This document shows, piece after piece, positions 42,804 to 53,717 of a DNA stretch of 64,000 nucleotides. A program made the position numbers and the translations under genes. This DNA comes from Armatimonadota bacterium (GTDB lineage: Bacteria > Armatimonadota > UBA5829 > DTLH01). The stretch covers positions 1-64,000 of the forward strand of contig JBDKSP010000023.1 in assembly GCA_039680575.1 (NCBI GenBank), in the 5' to 3' direction. The notes under the pieces were generated by a model. It was not told the origin of the DNA, ran no database searches, and worked only from the letters and a program-made list of their open reading frames with translations. The number at the start of each line of letters is the position of its first letter. Position 1 is the stretch's first letter.

Positions 42804-43000
42804 TCACGAAAGCACGAAATTAGGAAAACACGAAATAGGGACAGAGGGAATGGTGGAGACTTGTGCTTCTCCCCGTGTGCCCACGGGGTAAGATGAACTA
42901 CGGTCTCGAAGCATAGGGTAGGAGGAATCTATTATGCTTCGGGATAACATCCCGAAGCACGACATCCACTAGTTCTTTCTTCCTTTCGCGTTTTCGTGAT
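42803..43000. repeat. Nested composite: CACGAAA shell, family B element, CCCCGTG mini-palindrome
   Basis: Outer ATCACGAAA...TTTCGTGAT; inner TGGTGGA...TCCACTA; 42861-42915 matches the reverse complement of 12148-12202. Confidence 0.8.
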
Positions 43001-43025
43001 AAGGAACCTTGCCTAAGGAGTAACA

Positions 43026-46000
43026 ATGCCAAAGAGTGATAATATTAAAAAGGTTATGGTCATAGGGTCCGGGCCGATTGTGATCGGGCAGGCGGCGGAG
43101 TTCGACTATGCAGGGACGCAGGCCTGTACGGCGCTCAGGGAAGAGGGGATCGAGGTCGTTTTGATGAACTCGAACCCGGCTACGATCATGACCGATACGG
43201 AGATTGCCGATAAGGTCTACATCGAGCCGCTGAACGTCGAGTTTGCCACAAAGATCATAGAGCAGGAGCGGCCTGACGGGCTTTTGCCCACTCTTGGCGG
43301 ACAGACTGGTCTGAACCTTGCTACCCGGCTTGCGAACCAGGGCGTGCTGGAGAAATATGACGTGAAGCTGCTTGGCACCCCGCTTTCCGCCATTCGGATG
43401 GCTGAAGACAGGGAAGAGTTCCGTCAGCTTATGCGCCGGATAGATGAACCAGTCCCTGAGAGCTGGATAGTCGAAAACATCGATGACCTTAAAGCCATTT
43501 TGACCAGGAATCCCCACTTTCCGCTCATCGTTCGACCTGCTTACACACTTGGCGGGACCGGCGGAGGCATTGCGCACAACGCTGATGAGCTGATCGAGAT
43601 CGGCAGCCGGGGCTTGAAGCTCTCCATGCGGAGCCAGGTAATGATAGAGCGCAGTCTCATCGGCTGGAAAGAGATCGAATACGAAGTGATGCGGGACGGC
43701 GCGGACAACTGCATCACCGTCTGTAACATGGAAAACTTCGACCCGATGGGTGTGCATACGGGCGACTCCATCGTAATCGCTCCTTCGCAGACTCTTTCGG
43801 ACAAAGAGTACCAGATGCTCCGCAGCACCTCGCTCAAGATCATCCGCGCGCTCGGAATCGAGGGCGGATGTAACGTCCAGCTTGCCCTTAACCCGAAGAG
43901 CTTCGAATATTATGTGATCGAGGTAAACCCAAGGGTCAGCCGGTCTTCGGCGCTTGCATCGAAGGCCACAGGATACCCAATCGCCCGTGTTGCAGCGAAG
44001 ATCGCGGCCGGGCTCACGCTCGACGAGATCCCGAACGCCGTTACGAAGAAGACTCTTGCCTGCTTCGAGCCTGCGCTCGACTATGTAGTCGTCAAGATCC
44101 CGCGCTGGCCGTTCGATAAGTTCTCCCAGGCCGACCGCACCATCGGGACTCAGATGAAAGCGACCGGAGAGGTCATGTCGATAGACCGGACATTCGAGGC
44201 TGCGCTCATGAAGGCTGTGAGGTCGCTTGAGATAGGGATGTACTCGCTCAAGCCCAAACATGCCGACCTTTTGAGTGACATGGACATCGAAGAAGGGCTC
44301 AAAACCGCGACGGACGAGCGGTTGTTCATCGTGGCTGAGGCGCTTCGCCGGGGGATGATGGTCGATGAGATCGCGGACCTCTCCAACATCGATCCCTGGT
44401 TTCTCAACAAGATTAAAGGCATAGTCGACCTGGAAAACGAGCTGAAATCGTCGGCTGAGAGCGTCCTGGCGATAGGCTCAGGACAGTCCGAAAGCAGCGC
44501 AATTGAGCTTTTGAGAAAGGCGAAGGAACTGCGGTTCCCGGACAAGTTGATAAGCGATCTTACCGGCATCGGTGACAGGTACCTCAGATGGCTTGCCAGA
44601 AAGTACAACTTGCGCCCGACTTATAAGATGGTGGATACCTGCGCTGCCGAGTTCGAAGCTGCGACACCTTACTTCTACTCCTGTGCCGAGGAAGAAGACG
44701 AAGCGGAATGTGTAGATAGGGAACAGGACCGGCCGGTCCCTGCCAGAAAGGCCATCGTCATCGGCTCCGGGCCTATAAGGATCGGGCAGGGGATCGAGTT
44801 TGATTACTGCAGCGTGCACTGCGTACTTGCGCTGAGAGATGCCGGGTATAAGTCGATCATCATAAACAACAACCCAGAGACGGTCTCGACCGACTTCGAC
44901 ACATCCGACAAGCTCTACTTCGAGCCGCTTACGGCGGAGGATGTGATGAATATTATCGACGAAGAGCATCCCGATGGCGTCATTGTGCAGTTCGGCGGCC
45001 AGACAGCGATCAACCTCGCTGGTCCGCTGCACCAGGCTGGAGTCCCGATATTCGGGTCGAGTTATGAATCGATCGAGCTCGCCGAAGACAGAGACAAGTT
45101 TGAGCGGATACTAAGAGAGCTTTCGATTCCGAAGCCAGACGGCCGCGCTGTGACATGCGCCGAGGATGCGGTGCAGGTGGCCGAGGAGATCGGCTATCCG
45201 GTTTTGGTGAGACCGAGCTGGGTGCTCGGCGGCCGGGCGATGGAGATCATCTACAACCGGCTGGAACTGCTTTCGTATATGGCTTACGTCGTGGAGGTCT
45301 CGCCGGAAGCGCCTATCCTCGTCGATAAATACATCGTCGGCAAAGAAGTGGAAGTGGATGTCATCTCGGACGGTGTTGATTGCCTGATTCCGGGGATTAT
45401 GGAGCACATCGAGCGGGCTGGGGTGCATTCCGGCGACTCGATGGCCGTATGCCCGCCGCAGACGCTCTCACAGGATGTCATCAACCAGATTGTCGACCAT
45501 TCGATCAAGCTCGCCGGGGCGCTCGAAGTCAAGGGGCTGATGAACATCCAGTACGTCGTAGACGATGGCCTCGTCCAGGTGATAGAGGTCAACCCGCGCG
45601 CGAGCCGCACGGTACCGTATCTCTCGAAAATCACCGGCGTGCCGATGATCAAGGTTGCAACGAATATCATCCTCGGCCAGAGCCTGATATCGCAGGGCTA
45701 CGGGACCGGGCTTTACCAGAAACAGCCCAGTCTGGCCGTGAAGGCGCCGGTCTTCTCCTTCCAGAAGCTGACTGAAGTGGATATTTCGCTTGGGCCTGAG
45801 ATGAAATCGACCGGCGAGATAATGGGGATCGATACGGACTACTCTCGCGCTCTCTACAAGGCGATGGTCGCGGCCGGAATCGATGTGCCGCTTGAGGGAA
45901 GCCTCATCGCAACGATTGCAGACCAGGACAAGGATGAGGCACTGCCGATCATCAGGCAATTTTCCGAGCTGGGTTACAGAATATACTCCACCGGAGGCAC

Positions 46001-46322
46001 CGCTAGCTTCCTGAAGTCGAACGGCATCGAAGCGACGACGGTCCACAAGATCAGCGACGGAGAGTCTCCGAACCTGCTGGACCTGGTACGGGGCGGCAAG
46101 GTAGAACTTCTGATAAACACGATGTCGAAAGACAAAAAGACGGAGATGGAGGCCGCGATAATCCGAAAAGCCAGCGTCCAGCACGGCATCCCGTGCATGA
46201 CATCGCTCGATACGGCTAAAGCGCTCCTTTGTGCCTTGTCCGCCAAACGAAACGGCGAGCGGTTCGAGTGCTTGACGATAGACAAGTATCTTGGAAACGG
46301 CCGGGCAGCGAAGAAGTCCTGA
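43026..46322 (+). CDS. carB: Carbamoyl-phosphate synthase large subunit
   Basis: [17 protein letters not shown], two ATP-grasp halves, C-terminal MGS domain. Confidence 0.97.
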   Translation: MPKSDNIKKVMVIGSGPIVIGQAAEFDYAGTQACTALREEGIEVVLMNSNPATIMTDTEIADKVYIEPLNVEFATKIIEQERPDGLLPTLGGQTGLNLATRLANQGVLEKYDVKLLGTPLSAIRMAEDREEFRQLMRRIDEPVPESWIVENIDDLKAILTRNPHFPLIVRPAYTLGGTGGGIAHNADELIEIGSRGLKLSMRSQVMIERSLIGWKEIEYEVMRDGADNCITVCNMENFDPMGVHTGDSIVIAPSQTLSDKEYQMLRSTSLKIIRALGIEGGCNVQLALNPKSFEYYVIEVNPRVSRSSALASKATGYPIARVAAKIAAGLTLDEIPNAVTKKTLACFEPALDYVVVKIPRWPFDKFSQADRTIGTQMKATGEVMSIDRTFEAALMKAVRSLEIGMYSLKPKHADLLSDMDIEEGLKTATDERLFIVAEALRRGMMVDEIADLSNIDPWFLNKIKGIVDLENELKSSAESVLAIGSGQSESSAIELLRKAKELRFPDKLISDLTGIGDRYLRWLARKYNLRPTYKMVDTCAAEFEAATPYFYSCAEEEDEAECVDREQDRPVPARKAIVIGSGPIRIGQGIEFDYCSVHCVLALRDAGYKSIIINNNPETVSTDFDTSDKLYFEPLTAEDVMNIIDEEHPDGVIVQFGGQTAINLAGPLHQAGVPIFGSSYESIELAEDRDKFERILRELSIPKPDGRAVTCAEDAVQVAEEIGYPVLVRPSWVLGGRAMEIIYNRLELLSYMAYVVEVSPEAPILVDKYIVGKEVEVDVISDGVDCLIPGIMEHIERAGVHSGDSMAVCPPQTLSQDVINQIVDHSIKLAGALEVKGLMNIQYVVDDGLVQVIEVNPRASRTVPYLSKITGVPMIKVATNIILGQSLISQGYGTGLYQKQPSLAVKAPVFSFQKLTEVDISLGPEMKSTGEIMGIDTDYSRALYKAMVAAGIDVPLEGSLIATIADQDKDEALPIIRQFSELGYRIYSTGGTASFLKSNGIEATTVHKISDGESPNLLDLVRGGKVELLINTMSKDKKTEMEAAIIRKASVQHGIPCMTSLDTAKALLCALSAKRNGERFECLTIDKYLGNGRAAKKS

Positions 46323-46329
46323 TTGAGTA

Positions 46330-46542
46330 AGAGTTCACTCTTGCAAGAATTATATATCACCCTGAACAGCCAGCACGTCACCCTGAACTAAGGAGTTTCA
46401 GGTAATACCTGAAACTCTCCCCGGAAGATTTTCGGCTATAGCCGAAAACCCATAGATTCAGGGTCCATTTTCTTCCTGGATGCTGAGTCAAGCTCAGGGT
46501 GACGTTGTGATAATTCAGCATGATGTTATACTCATCAACTCT
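46330..46542. mobile_element. Composite miniature element, second copy
   Basis: Near-identical to 30574-30801 over the distal ~170 bp; AGAGTT...AACTCT ends. Confidence 0.8.
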
Positions 46543-46617
46543 CCTAACTAACACGGCGTAGCGTGCTAGTTTTTTGATAACTCGGCGCGCCGGGTGGGAC
46601 ACTGAACTCTTACCTGA

Positions 46618-46646
46618 TTGACAACCGATAGGCCATAGGCTATAAA
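46618..46646 (+). promoter_or_regulatory. Sigma70-type promoter
   Basis: TTGACA-17 nt-TATAAA. Confidence 0.7.
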
Positions 46647-46672
46647 GAAGTTAAGCCCGCAGCATTACTTAC

Positions 46673-46726
46673 AGAGTTTCGGCAGTTGATTTGACTGATA
46701 ATAAATATTTTTCAGCCGAAACTCTG
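46673..46726. repeat. Solo second hairpin of family A
   Basis: AGAGTTTCGGC...GCCGAAACTCT; inverted relative of 17660-17706. Confidence 0.65.
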
Positions 46727-46802
46727 AGGGCTGTTTTAAGCAGTTTGAAGTAGTGCCCGCGGGCTTTTTTAACAGCCATAGAGAGTCCGGAAGGAGAAAA
46801 AG

Positions 46803-47539
46803 ATGAATAGAATCCAAATGCTGCTGCTCTTCGCGCTTGTGTTTCTCATTGCACTGACCACAATGCCTGCATCGGCGGATACTGCAATGCTGACTATCCA
46901 TCCCGGTGAAAACTGGATCTCTCTGCCGCTCGTTCCGCTGAACAATAACCCTGCTGTATTGTTCGCAGGAATCGATATCGACCAAAATCTTGCCAAATTC
47001 GACCCATCGACACAGACATCAGTGGTATACAATTCCTCGAACCCGGGCAATTTCGGAGGGGGGAGGGCTATATTCTGAACTACACCGGCACAGAGGCAAA
47101 AACCGTCTCCTATGCAGGTGCTCGGGACGGGCTTGGAGACGGGAACGGCAATAATATGACCGATGTGTGGATCAGCCTGGTTAACGAAACCAACTGGATT
47201 GGGCATCCGTTCAACCACATTACCCCTTTCAGCAGTCTTATGGTCACAGACCATGACTCGATGTTAAGTATCGATGAAGCAATCAGCAGGGGATGGCTCG
47301 ACGGATTATGGACTACGATGGACAACGAGACGAAAGAGACACATACAGTCGGGCTGTCATCATTGAAGGCGGACGATCTTTACCTCAGACCTGGCTCAAT
47401 GTACAAAGTGACGACCCACGTGGATCAACTCGGCCTAATAATCCATGCATATACCAACGTTCCCGAACCATCGAGCTTCCTTTCTCTTGTCTTTGGCCTT
47501 GGCGGAGCTGGCGGGATGATGTTGAGGAGAAAAAGATAG
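46803..47539 (+). pseudogene. PEP-CTERM surface protein, frameshifted near 47060
   Basis: 5' ORF has a signal peptide; 3' ORF ends VPEPSS-TM-RRKR and its frame stays open back to the G run at 47058-47063. Confidence 0.75.
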
Positions 47540-47572
47540 AGTTGTGGAATACCACAAACATTGAGAACAAGA

Positions 47573-48625
47573 ATGACTGACTTCAGACAAATCATCATTA
47601 AGAATCTAGCATACTCCCCTGAAATAGTAGAATCACCAGAGGTTATTATCGAGATTGATTCACTTCTCCATCGTGTTGATCAGGCTGGGCACCAGAAGCT
47701 TGTTGATAATTTTTGCAACCAGACTGATCCAGAGCGTGCCAGAGATTTCCTTCTGGAGTTATGGATTTGCGATTTACTATCCTGTGATAGCAGAGTAGAG
47801 AATTTACAATATGAACCTGCAGACGAATCTTTTCCACCAGACTTTAGATTCATGATCGATGGATGTGCATTTGATCTACAAGTTAAACGAATGCATAATG
47901 TCAATAATGAGATCATTAGGCGGCGTTTCAGAAGGGAAATTGAGCGTAGATTATCTTATATTCAGAAGCCATGGTTCATTGACTATTGGCTTTCTGAAAA
48001 GTTGCAACCAAAGCATATAAATGCATTCTTTGACAGCCTAAACAAAAATATCGACCGTAAGAGGCTAACACACAGCAGTGTAAAAGCTTTAATGGCAGAA
48101 CACTATCGTTGGAGTCAAGATGGTGTTTTGCTTGTTAAGTATGCATTTAGGCTTAATAATTCAGGTGAACTTGGTATTCAACCAGGTGTTTACCATGGTC
48201 CTTGTGGTTGTATAGACCTTGAAGCCATACGTAAATCTGTAGATAATATATTAAAAAAATCCCGGAAGACTCTTACACATGAGGTTTCCACCACACAATC
48301 AAACATAGTTTTAATTGAAGCAGTTGGAGATGTATGGCTAGATAAGGATACTATGGAGACTTCTTTGTGGGGAGACAGGATTGTCAGGTTGTTTGCACTA
48401 CAAGATGGCTCTAGAAAAATGGTTTTGACACATGCGCAGAACGGATTGTTTAGAGATGGTCAGTTTCACAGGATATGCGGTGTAATCTTTATAGATCGAA
48501 ACGCCAATCCTATTGATGAAATTTTTAAAGGTTCTTATTTTGCGCATCCAATGCATATTCATAATATAAAGAAACATCCCAAACCGTTTAGCAATATGTC
48601 TTTCATCATACCTAAAGATTGGTAG
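47573..48625 (+). CDS. AT-rich hypothetical protein, possible PD-(D/E)XK nuclease fold
   Basis: About 350-aa ORF, visibly lower GC than its flanks; E...PPDFRF......DLQVK motif. Confidence 0.55.
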   Translation: MTDFRQIIIKNLAYSPEIVESPEVIIEIDSLLHRVDQAGHQKLVDNFCNQTDPERARDFLLELWICDLLSCDSRVENLQYEPADESFPPDFRFMIDGCAFDLQVKRMHNVNNEIIRRRFRREIERRLSYIQKPWFIDYWLSEKLQPKHINAFFDSLNKNIDRKRLTHSSVKALMAEHYRWSQDGVLLVKYAFRLNNSGELGIQPGVYHGPCGCIDLEAIRKSVDNILKKSRKTLTHEVSTTQSNIVLIEAVGDVWLDKDTMETSLWGDRIVRLFALQDGSRKMVLTHAQNGLFRDGQFHRICGVIFIDRNANPIDEIFKGSYFAHPMHIHNIKKHPKPFSNMSFIIPKDW

Positions 48626-48726
48626 ATTGGTAATATAGACGATGAATCCATTGCTCGAAGGAAAGATAAACAATGATTTACGCAAGGGGAGTTTTAGTGT
48701 CTTGAATAGCGAGTGTGTATTATAAA

Positions 48727-48760
48727 AAGAGACGAGGGGGGTTATTGAATCCTCGTCTCT
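48727..48760. terminator. Bidirectional terminator
   Basis: AAGAGACGAGG...CCTCGTCTCTT between convergent genes. Confidence 0.7.
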
Positions 48761-48780
48761 TCTATTGTTATAATAGTTCG

Positions 48781-49971
48781 TTACTTCGTCCCGACGCCTT
48801 CTGCTTTCTTCGCGGAGTAGAGCGGGGACATCATCCTCAGCCGCTCGACGATTACCGGGAGCGCTTCGAGCACGTTTTTCACGTCCCATTCCGTGTTTTC
48901 ACGCCCCAGCGTGAGCCTCAGGCTGCCGTGTGCTTCTTCATGCTTTAGACCGAGAGACATCAGCACATGGGATGGGTCGAGCGAGCCGGATGTGCATGCG
49001 CTGCCTGACGACGCGCAGATCCCGTGCATGTCGAGGAGCAGAATGATGGATTCACCCTCTATCCCGTCGAAGGATACGTTCACATTGTTCGGCAGCCGCC
49101 TGCTGCGGTGGCCGTTCAGGCGGACATCGGGGATTTTTGCCAGGATGCCGTCGATCAGCTTGTCCCGGAGAGCCGTGAGTTGGGGGCCTGTCTCACCCAT
49201 GCTCTCCCGTGCGATCTTTGCAGCCTTCCCGAGCCCGACTATTCCCGGCACATTGTGCGTCCCAGCGCGCCGGTTCATCTCCTGTCCGCCGCCCATCATA
49301 AACCGCTGGATTTTCGTTCCCTTGCGCAGGTACATCGCGCCGACGCCCTTCGGACCGTAGAGCTTGTGGGCAGATATGGAAAGCGCGTCGCAGCCTATCT
49401 CGTTCACATCTACAGGGATACTGCCGACTGCCTGAACGGTGTCCGTATGGAAGATGATATTTCGCGCGCGCGCGATCTTTCCGATTTCCTCGACCGGCTG
49501 AATCGTACCGATCTCGTTGTTCGCGTGCATCACGGAGATGATGATCGTCCGGTCGGTGATTGCGCGCTCTACATCTTCCGGGTCCACCATACCGTCTTTA
49601 TCAACCGGTAGATATGTGACTGTAAACCCGTGCTTCTCAAGGAAATGGCAGGTCTCAAGGATCGCATGATGCTCTATCTTGCTCGTGATGATATGGTTGC
49701 CCTTGCCCTCGTTTGCGAACGCCGCGCCGGTGAGCGCCCAGTTGTCCGATTCCGTCCCGCCGCTTGTGAAGTAGATCTCGTCCGGCTTTGCGCCGATAAG
49801 AAGCGCCACACTCTCTCGTGCTTCTTCGACCGCCGACTTTGCATCTTTACCAAGCGAGTACAAAGTAGATGCGCTTCCGAACCGGTCGGTGAAATACGGC
49901 AGCATCGCCTGTAACACCTCAGGGTCAGTCGGCGTTGTTGCCGCGTGGTCAAGATAGATGACTTTGTACAT
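48781..49971 (-). CDS. iscS: Cysteine desulfurase (IscS/NifS)
   Basis: YLDHAATT, EHHA, SAHKLYGPKG, SSGSACTSGS. Confidence 0.94.
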   Translation of the reverse strand: MYKVIYLDHAATTPTDPEVLQAMLPYFTDRFGSASTLYSLGKDAKSAVEEARESVALLIGAKPDEIYFTSGGTESDNWALTGAAFANEGKGNHIITSKIEHHAILETCHFLEKHGFTVTYLPVDKDGMVDPEDVERAITDRTIIISVMHANNEIGTIQPVEEIGKIARARNIIFHTDTVQAVGSIPVDVNEIGCDALSISAHKLYGPKGVGAMYLRKGTKIQRFMMGGGQEMNRRAGTHNVPGIVGLGKAAKIARESMGETGPQLTALRDKLIDGILAKIPDVRLNGHRSRRLPNNVNVSFDGIEGESIILLLDMHGICASSGSACTSGSLDPSHVLMSLGLKHEEAHGSLRLTLGRENTEWDVKNVLEALPVIVERLRMMSPLYSAKKAEGVGTK

Positions 49972-49982
49972 TATCGTTCCCC

Positions 49983-50507
49983 CTATGTATTGTCAATCGT
50001 AGTTCCTGTAAGCTCAAGATGGGTACGGTTTACTATGCAGCAGCCGATGTGGTCGTCTCCGCAGCGCAGGCATACAGAATCGACGCTTTTTCGGTCTTCG
50101 AGCATGGCCGCGAGAAGCGCCTCAATCCCGCGCATCACGCCTTCGAGGTCTTCGGGCTTGACTCTTGCAAGCGCCCGCGCCAGTATTTCCGTCCGTTTCG
50201 CGAGGATATGGGTTCCGAGCTCATGGCCAGCCTCTGTCAGCCCAATAAGCGACACTCGCCTGTCGGACTTGCTCTCCGTCCGGCGCACGAAGCCTTTTTT
50301 TCGCAGCCTGTCTACCATCCTGACGGCGGCAGGGTGGCTTATCGTAAGCCCCTGGGCAATTTCTCCGACTGGAGACTCGCCATGATGATATAGATACGAG
50401 AGCCCCTGAAGCTGGGACGGCGTAAGTCCCAAATCTTCCGGCTCCATGCTCGCCACTACCTTTCCGAACAGGGTAGCAATCTTTTCTACGTACCGGGCAG
50501 TATCCAT
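49983..50507 (-). CDS. MarR family regulator with a Cys-rich C-terminus
   Basis: wHTH with DRR; C-terminal CLRCGDDHIGCC. Confidence 0.85.
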   Translation of the reverse strand: MDTARYVEKIATLFGKVVASMEPEDLGLTPSQLQGLSYLYHHGESPVGEIAQGLTISHPAAVRMVDRLRKKGFVRRTESKSDRRVSLIGLTEAGHELGTHILAKRTEILARALARVKPEDLEGVMRGIEALLAAMLEDRKSVDSVCLRCGDDHIGCCIVNRTHLELTGTTIDNT

Positions 50508-50540
50508 GTTTGTCTGCTATATACCCAAAACACCAATTAC

Positions 50541-50582
50541 GTAACCTGGTTACATATTATTTGATAAGATTAGTTGTGTCAA
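50541..50582 (-). promoter_or_regulatory. Promoter and palindromic operator of the marR-iscS operon
   Basis: Minus strand TTGACA-17 nt-TAATAT; palindrome GTAACC-T-GGTTAC (50541-50553) just downstream of the -10. Confidence 0.7.
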
Positions 50583-50735
50583 GCCCTGAAAGTCATTATT
50601 GATCCCTCTTTACTCATCCCTTGTGGAGGTGGATAAATTAAAAAAGCAAATTTTTCTTTTCCGCAGGCCGTCTCTCTGTTATACTGTAAAATAAACAGAA
50701 TTTTCTGTAGTCTACATTTATACCGGAGCGGCAGA

Positions 50736-51344
50736 TTGATCAGGATAGTTGATTACGGCATGGGCAACCTGCGCAGTGTGCAGAAGGCGCTCGAACGCGT
50801 CGGCCATACCGCCGAATTGACTCAAGATCCGGCTGAAATCCGAAATGCCGAGAGGTTGGTCCTTCCCGGTGTAGGAGCGTTCGGCGCAGCGATGAAAAAC
50901 CTCGAACGCTTCGGGTTGATAGATGCCGTTAAGGATTATGCGGGCTCCGGAAGGCCGTTTCTTGGGATATGCCTGGGCATGCAGCTGCTGCTCACTCAAA
51001 GTGAGGAGCAGGGTATCTTCGACGGGCTGGATATTATCCACGGCAAGGTCGTGAAGTTTCCGCCGCCGGATGAATCAGGGCAGAAAGTGCCGCACATGGG
51101 CTGGAATTCACTCCGAAAGACGGGCGATTGCCCGCTTCTGGAAGGAGTGCCGGACGGTGCAAGCGTTTACTTCGTCCACTCTTATTACACCGACCCGCCG
51201 AAAGAGGCCGCAGCGGCCTACACAGACTACGCGGTAGAGTTCTGCTCCGTCATCGGGAAAGATAATATATACGCGACCCAGTTTCACCCGGAAAAAAGCG
51301 GAGCCGTAGGGCTCAAAATACTGGAAAATTTTGCCGCCATCTGA
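50736..51344 (+). CDS. hisH: Imidazole glycerol phosphate synthase glutaminase subunit
   Basis: DYGMGNLRSV, PGVGAF, GICLGMQ, QFHPEKS. Confidence 0.95.
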   Translation: MIRIVDYGMGNLRSVQKALERVGHTAELTQDPAEIRNAERLVLPGVGAFGAAMKNLERFGLIDAVKDYAGSGRPFLGICLGMQLLLTQSEEQGIFDGLDIIHGKVVKFPPPDESGQKVPHMGWNSLRKTGDCPLLEGVPDGASVYFVHSYYTDPPKEAAAAYTDYAVEFCSVIGKDNIYATQFHPEKSGAVGLKILENFAAI

Positions 51345-51359
51345 CAGGAGAATAGAGTT

Positions 51360-52082
51360 ATGGAAGTCATACCTGCAATCGATATAATCGGAGGAAAATG
51401 TGTCCGGCTTGTCCAGGGACAGTTTGATCAGGAGACGGTTTTTTCCGACAGTCCTGCCGATATGGCGAAGGAATGGGAACAGCAGGGAGCGACGAGACTT
51501 CATGTAGTCGATCTGGACGGTGCGCGGACCGGTGCGCCCGAAAACCTGAAGGTAATGGAATCCATAATAAGCGTTGTGAACATCCCGGTGCAGGTCGGCG
51601 GCGGGGTAAGGTCTATCAATAAGGCGCAGCAGGTCTTGAATGTCGGGGTAGAACGGGTAATAGTCGGCACATCCGCCGCGCTCGACAGCGACACGGCGAA
51701 AATGATGTTCGATGAGCTTGGCGACCGGGTGATACTCGGCGTCGATGCACTGAACGGCTATGTGGCCGTGAGAGGGTGGCAGGCACGGACCGAAGAGCGA
51801 GCCGTGGATTTCGCCCGGCGGATGACCGCTCTGGGGGCTAAACGTATAATTTTTACCGATATTTCTCGGGATGGTATGTTGAGCGGCGTTAATGCGTTTG
51901 CCATAGAGAAGATGGTCGCAGCAGTAGACATTCCTGTGATAGCCTCAGGCGGAGTCGGAAGTATAGCAGACATAAAACGTCTTCGCCCATTGAAAGGCAA
52001 AGGGCTTGAAGGCGTAATTCTCGGAAAAGCGCTCTATGTCGGCTCCGTAGCCCTCCCCGAAGCCATATCCGCGGCAAGATAG
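51360..52082 (+). CDS. hisA: ProFAR isomerase
   Basis: PAIDI..GKCVRL.QG, LHVVDLDGA, TDISRDG. Confidence 0.95.
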   Translation: MEVIPAIDIIGGKCVRLVQGQFDQETVFSDSPADMAKEWEQQGATRLHVVDLDGARTGAPENLKVMESIISVVNIPVQVGGGVRSINKAQQVLNVGVERVIVGTSAALDSDTAKMMFDELGDRVILGVDALNGYVAVRGWQARTEERAVDFARRMTALGAKRIIFTDISRDGMLSGVNAFAIEKMVAAVDIPVIASGGVGSIADIKRLRPLKGKGLEGVILGKALYVGSVALPEAISAAR

Positions 52083-52197
52083 AGCCTCTCCGGCTCGTCC
52101 AGAATATGATCTCCAGGCAATCTCTCTCCCGCATCAGCCGGTTTTCAGATTATACCCTCAGGGTAAAGGCATAAAAGGGCTGTGTTGAGGTTTCACA

Positions 52198-52770
52198 ATG
52201 GCGGATGATGATGCGGGGGTATTCGAACCGTTTTTGGATGAAGACGAACTTATCCTGTGGACAGGTAAGCCGGATACGCATATTCTTCTCACACCTGCTG
52301 ATGTACTCCTTGTACCGGTCAGTATATTGATCGGTATTTCGTTCATAAACAGGGGGTTGAAGTATATATTCGGAGGTATCGACATAGGCTACGCTGTGCT
52401 TGCAGTATGGGGAACGCTCTTTATCCTCATGGGCGGCTATTTGATGCTCGGCAGGTTATTCTATAAAATCTGGAGGAAGAAGCGCACCCATTACGCGCTG
52501 ACCAACAGGCGGATACTGGTGTATGCCCGCGGCAGGCGGATGGTGGCAGAGGAGATTTTACAGATACCGGCGCTTGGTAGGTCCGTCCGCACGAACGGTA
52601 GCGGCACGATCACATTCGGACCGTCCCCATTTACCGCGTCCTGGTGCGGAAATACCGGAATGAACTGCCTCGCAGGGTTCGACCACTGGGACTTACTTGG
52701 GTTCCACGACATCAAAGACGCAAACCACGTCTACGCGATTCTCGAGACGCTCCGGGGACATTGGCGGTAG
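52198..52770 (+). CDS. Membrane protein with a bacterial PH-like domain
   Basis: E.ILWTGKP, two TM helices, YALTNRRI. Confidence 0.65.
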   Translation: MADDDAGVFEPFLDEDELILWTGKPDTHILLTPADVLLVPVSILIGISFINRGLKYIFGGIDIGYAVLAVWGTLFILMGGYLMLGRLFYKIWRKKRTHYALTNRRILVYARGRRMVAEEILQIPALGRSVRTNGSGTITFGPSPFTASWCGNTGMNCLAGFDHWDLLGFHDIKDANHVYAILETLRGHWR

Positions 52771-52773
52771 GGT

Positions 52774-53652
52774 TTATCCCTTCATCCCGCTCATTACCAC
52801 TCCCTGTACGAAGTAGCGCTGTGCGAGGAAGAAGATGACGAGCACGGGGATGAGGACGGCGGTCGATGCAGCCATGAGCGAGACTATATCCACTCCCCAC
52901 ACGTCCTGGAACGTCGCAAGCCCCAGTGCGAGGGTCCGTTTATTCACGGAGTTCAGGTAAATGAGCGGGGTCATGAAGTCGTTCCAGTGGGCGACGAACG
53001 CGAATACCGCCACGGTCACGACTACCGGCTTGGAGAGCGGCATGAACACCTGCCAGTAGGTCCGAAGCGGCGAACACCCGTCGATTTTTGCGGCGTCCTC
53101 GAGGTCGCTTGGGATAGAAAGGAAAAACTGCCGCATCAAAAAGATATAGAACGCGCTTCCGAAGAAAGCCGGGACGTACAGCGGCAGGAGCGTGTCATAC
53201 CACCCGATGCTGCGGAAGATTATGAACCGGGGGATCATAAGCACCTCGCCGGGGAGCATAATCGTCGCAAGTACGAGGTAGAAAAGCAGGTCCTTGCCCG
53301 GAGCTTTGAGCCGCGCAAAGCCGTATGCGACTATCGAGCTTGATAAGACGGTTCCGATGACCGAAAGCACCGTCACTTCAAGGGTGTTTATCAGGTAAAG
53401 GTGAAACGGCATGATCGTGAGGGCTTTCGGGTAGTTGCTCCAGAGAATCTTGTGAGGCAAAAGGTTCAGCCCGGAGGATGCGACCTCGACAGGGTCTTTG
53501 AGCGAGATCGAGATCATCCACAAAAACGGCAGCACAAAGAGCGCAGCGCCCGCGATGAGTGCCGAATAACCAAGCGTCGAGCATATACCTCGCCGTGCTT
53601 TTATGCCAAATCCATTTTTTTCGCCTGTTGTGGCCGTATCAACTCTTTTCAT
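52774..53652 (-). CDS. Carbohydrate ABC transporter permease (MalG-like)
   Basis: EAA loop LEDAAKIDG, WNDF, FLAQRYFVQG. Confidence 0.92.
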   Translation of the reverse strand: MKRVDTATTGEKNGFGIKARRGICSTLGYSALIAGAALFVLPFLWMISISLKDPVEVASSGLNLLPHKILWSNYPKALTIMPFHLYLINTLEVTVLSVIGTVLSSSIVAYGFARLKAPGKDLLFYLVLATIMLPGEVLMIPRFIIFRSIGWYDTLLPLYVPAFFGSAFYIFLMRQFFLSIPSDLEDAAKIDGCSPLRTYWQVFMPLSKPVVVTVAVFAFVAHWNDFMTPLIYLNSVNKRTLALGLATFQDVWGVDIVSLMAASTAVLIPVLVIFFLAQRYFVQGVVMSGMKG

Positions 53653-53717
53653 CGTATATAGTTATACTACGACTTGTGCCGCCGGTGCAATTCCCGTTTC
53701 TGAGTCATCAGCTTTTG

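Noticed and set aside
42969..44261. 430-aa antisense ORF, and similar long shadow ORFs (111-968, 29556-30473, 38460-39533)
   Set aside because: Antisense to well-conserved genes in GC-rich coding DNA; no recognisable motifs
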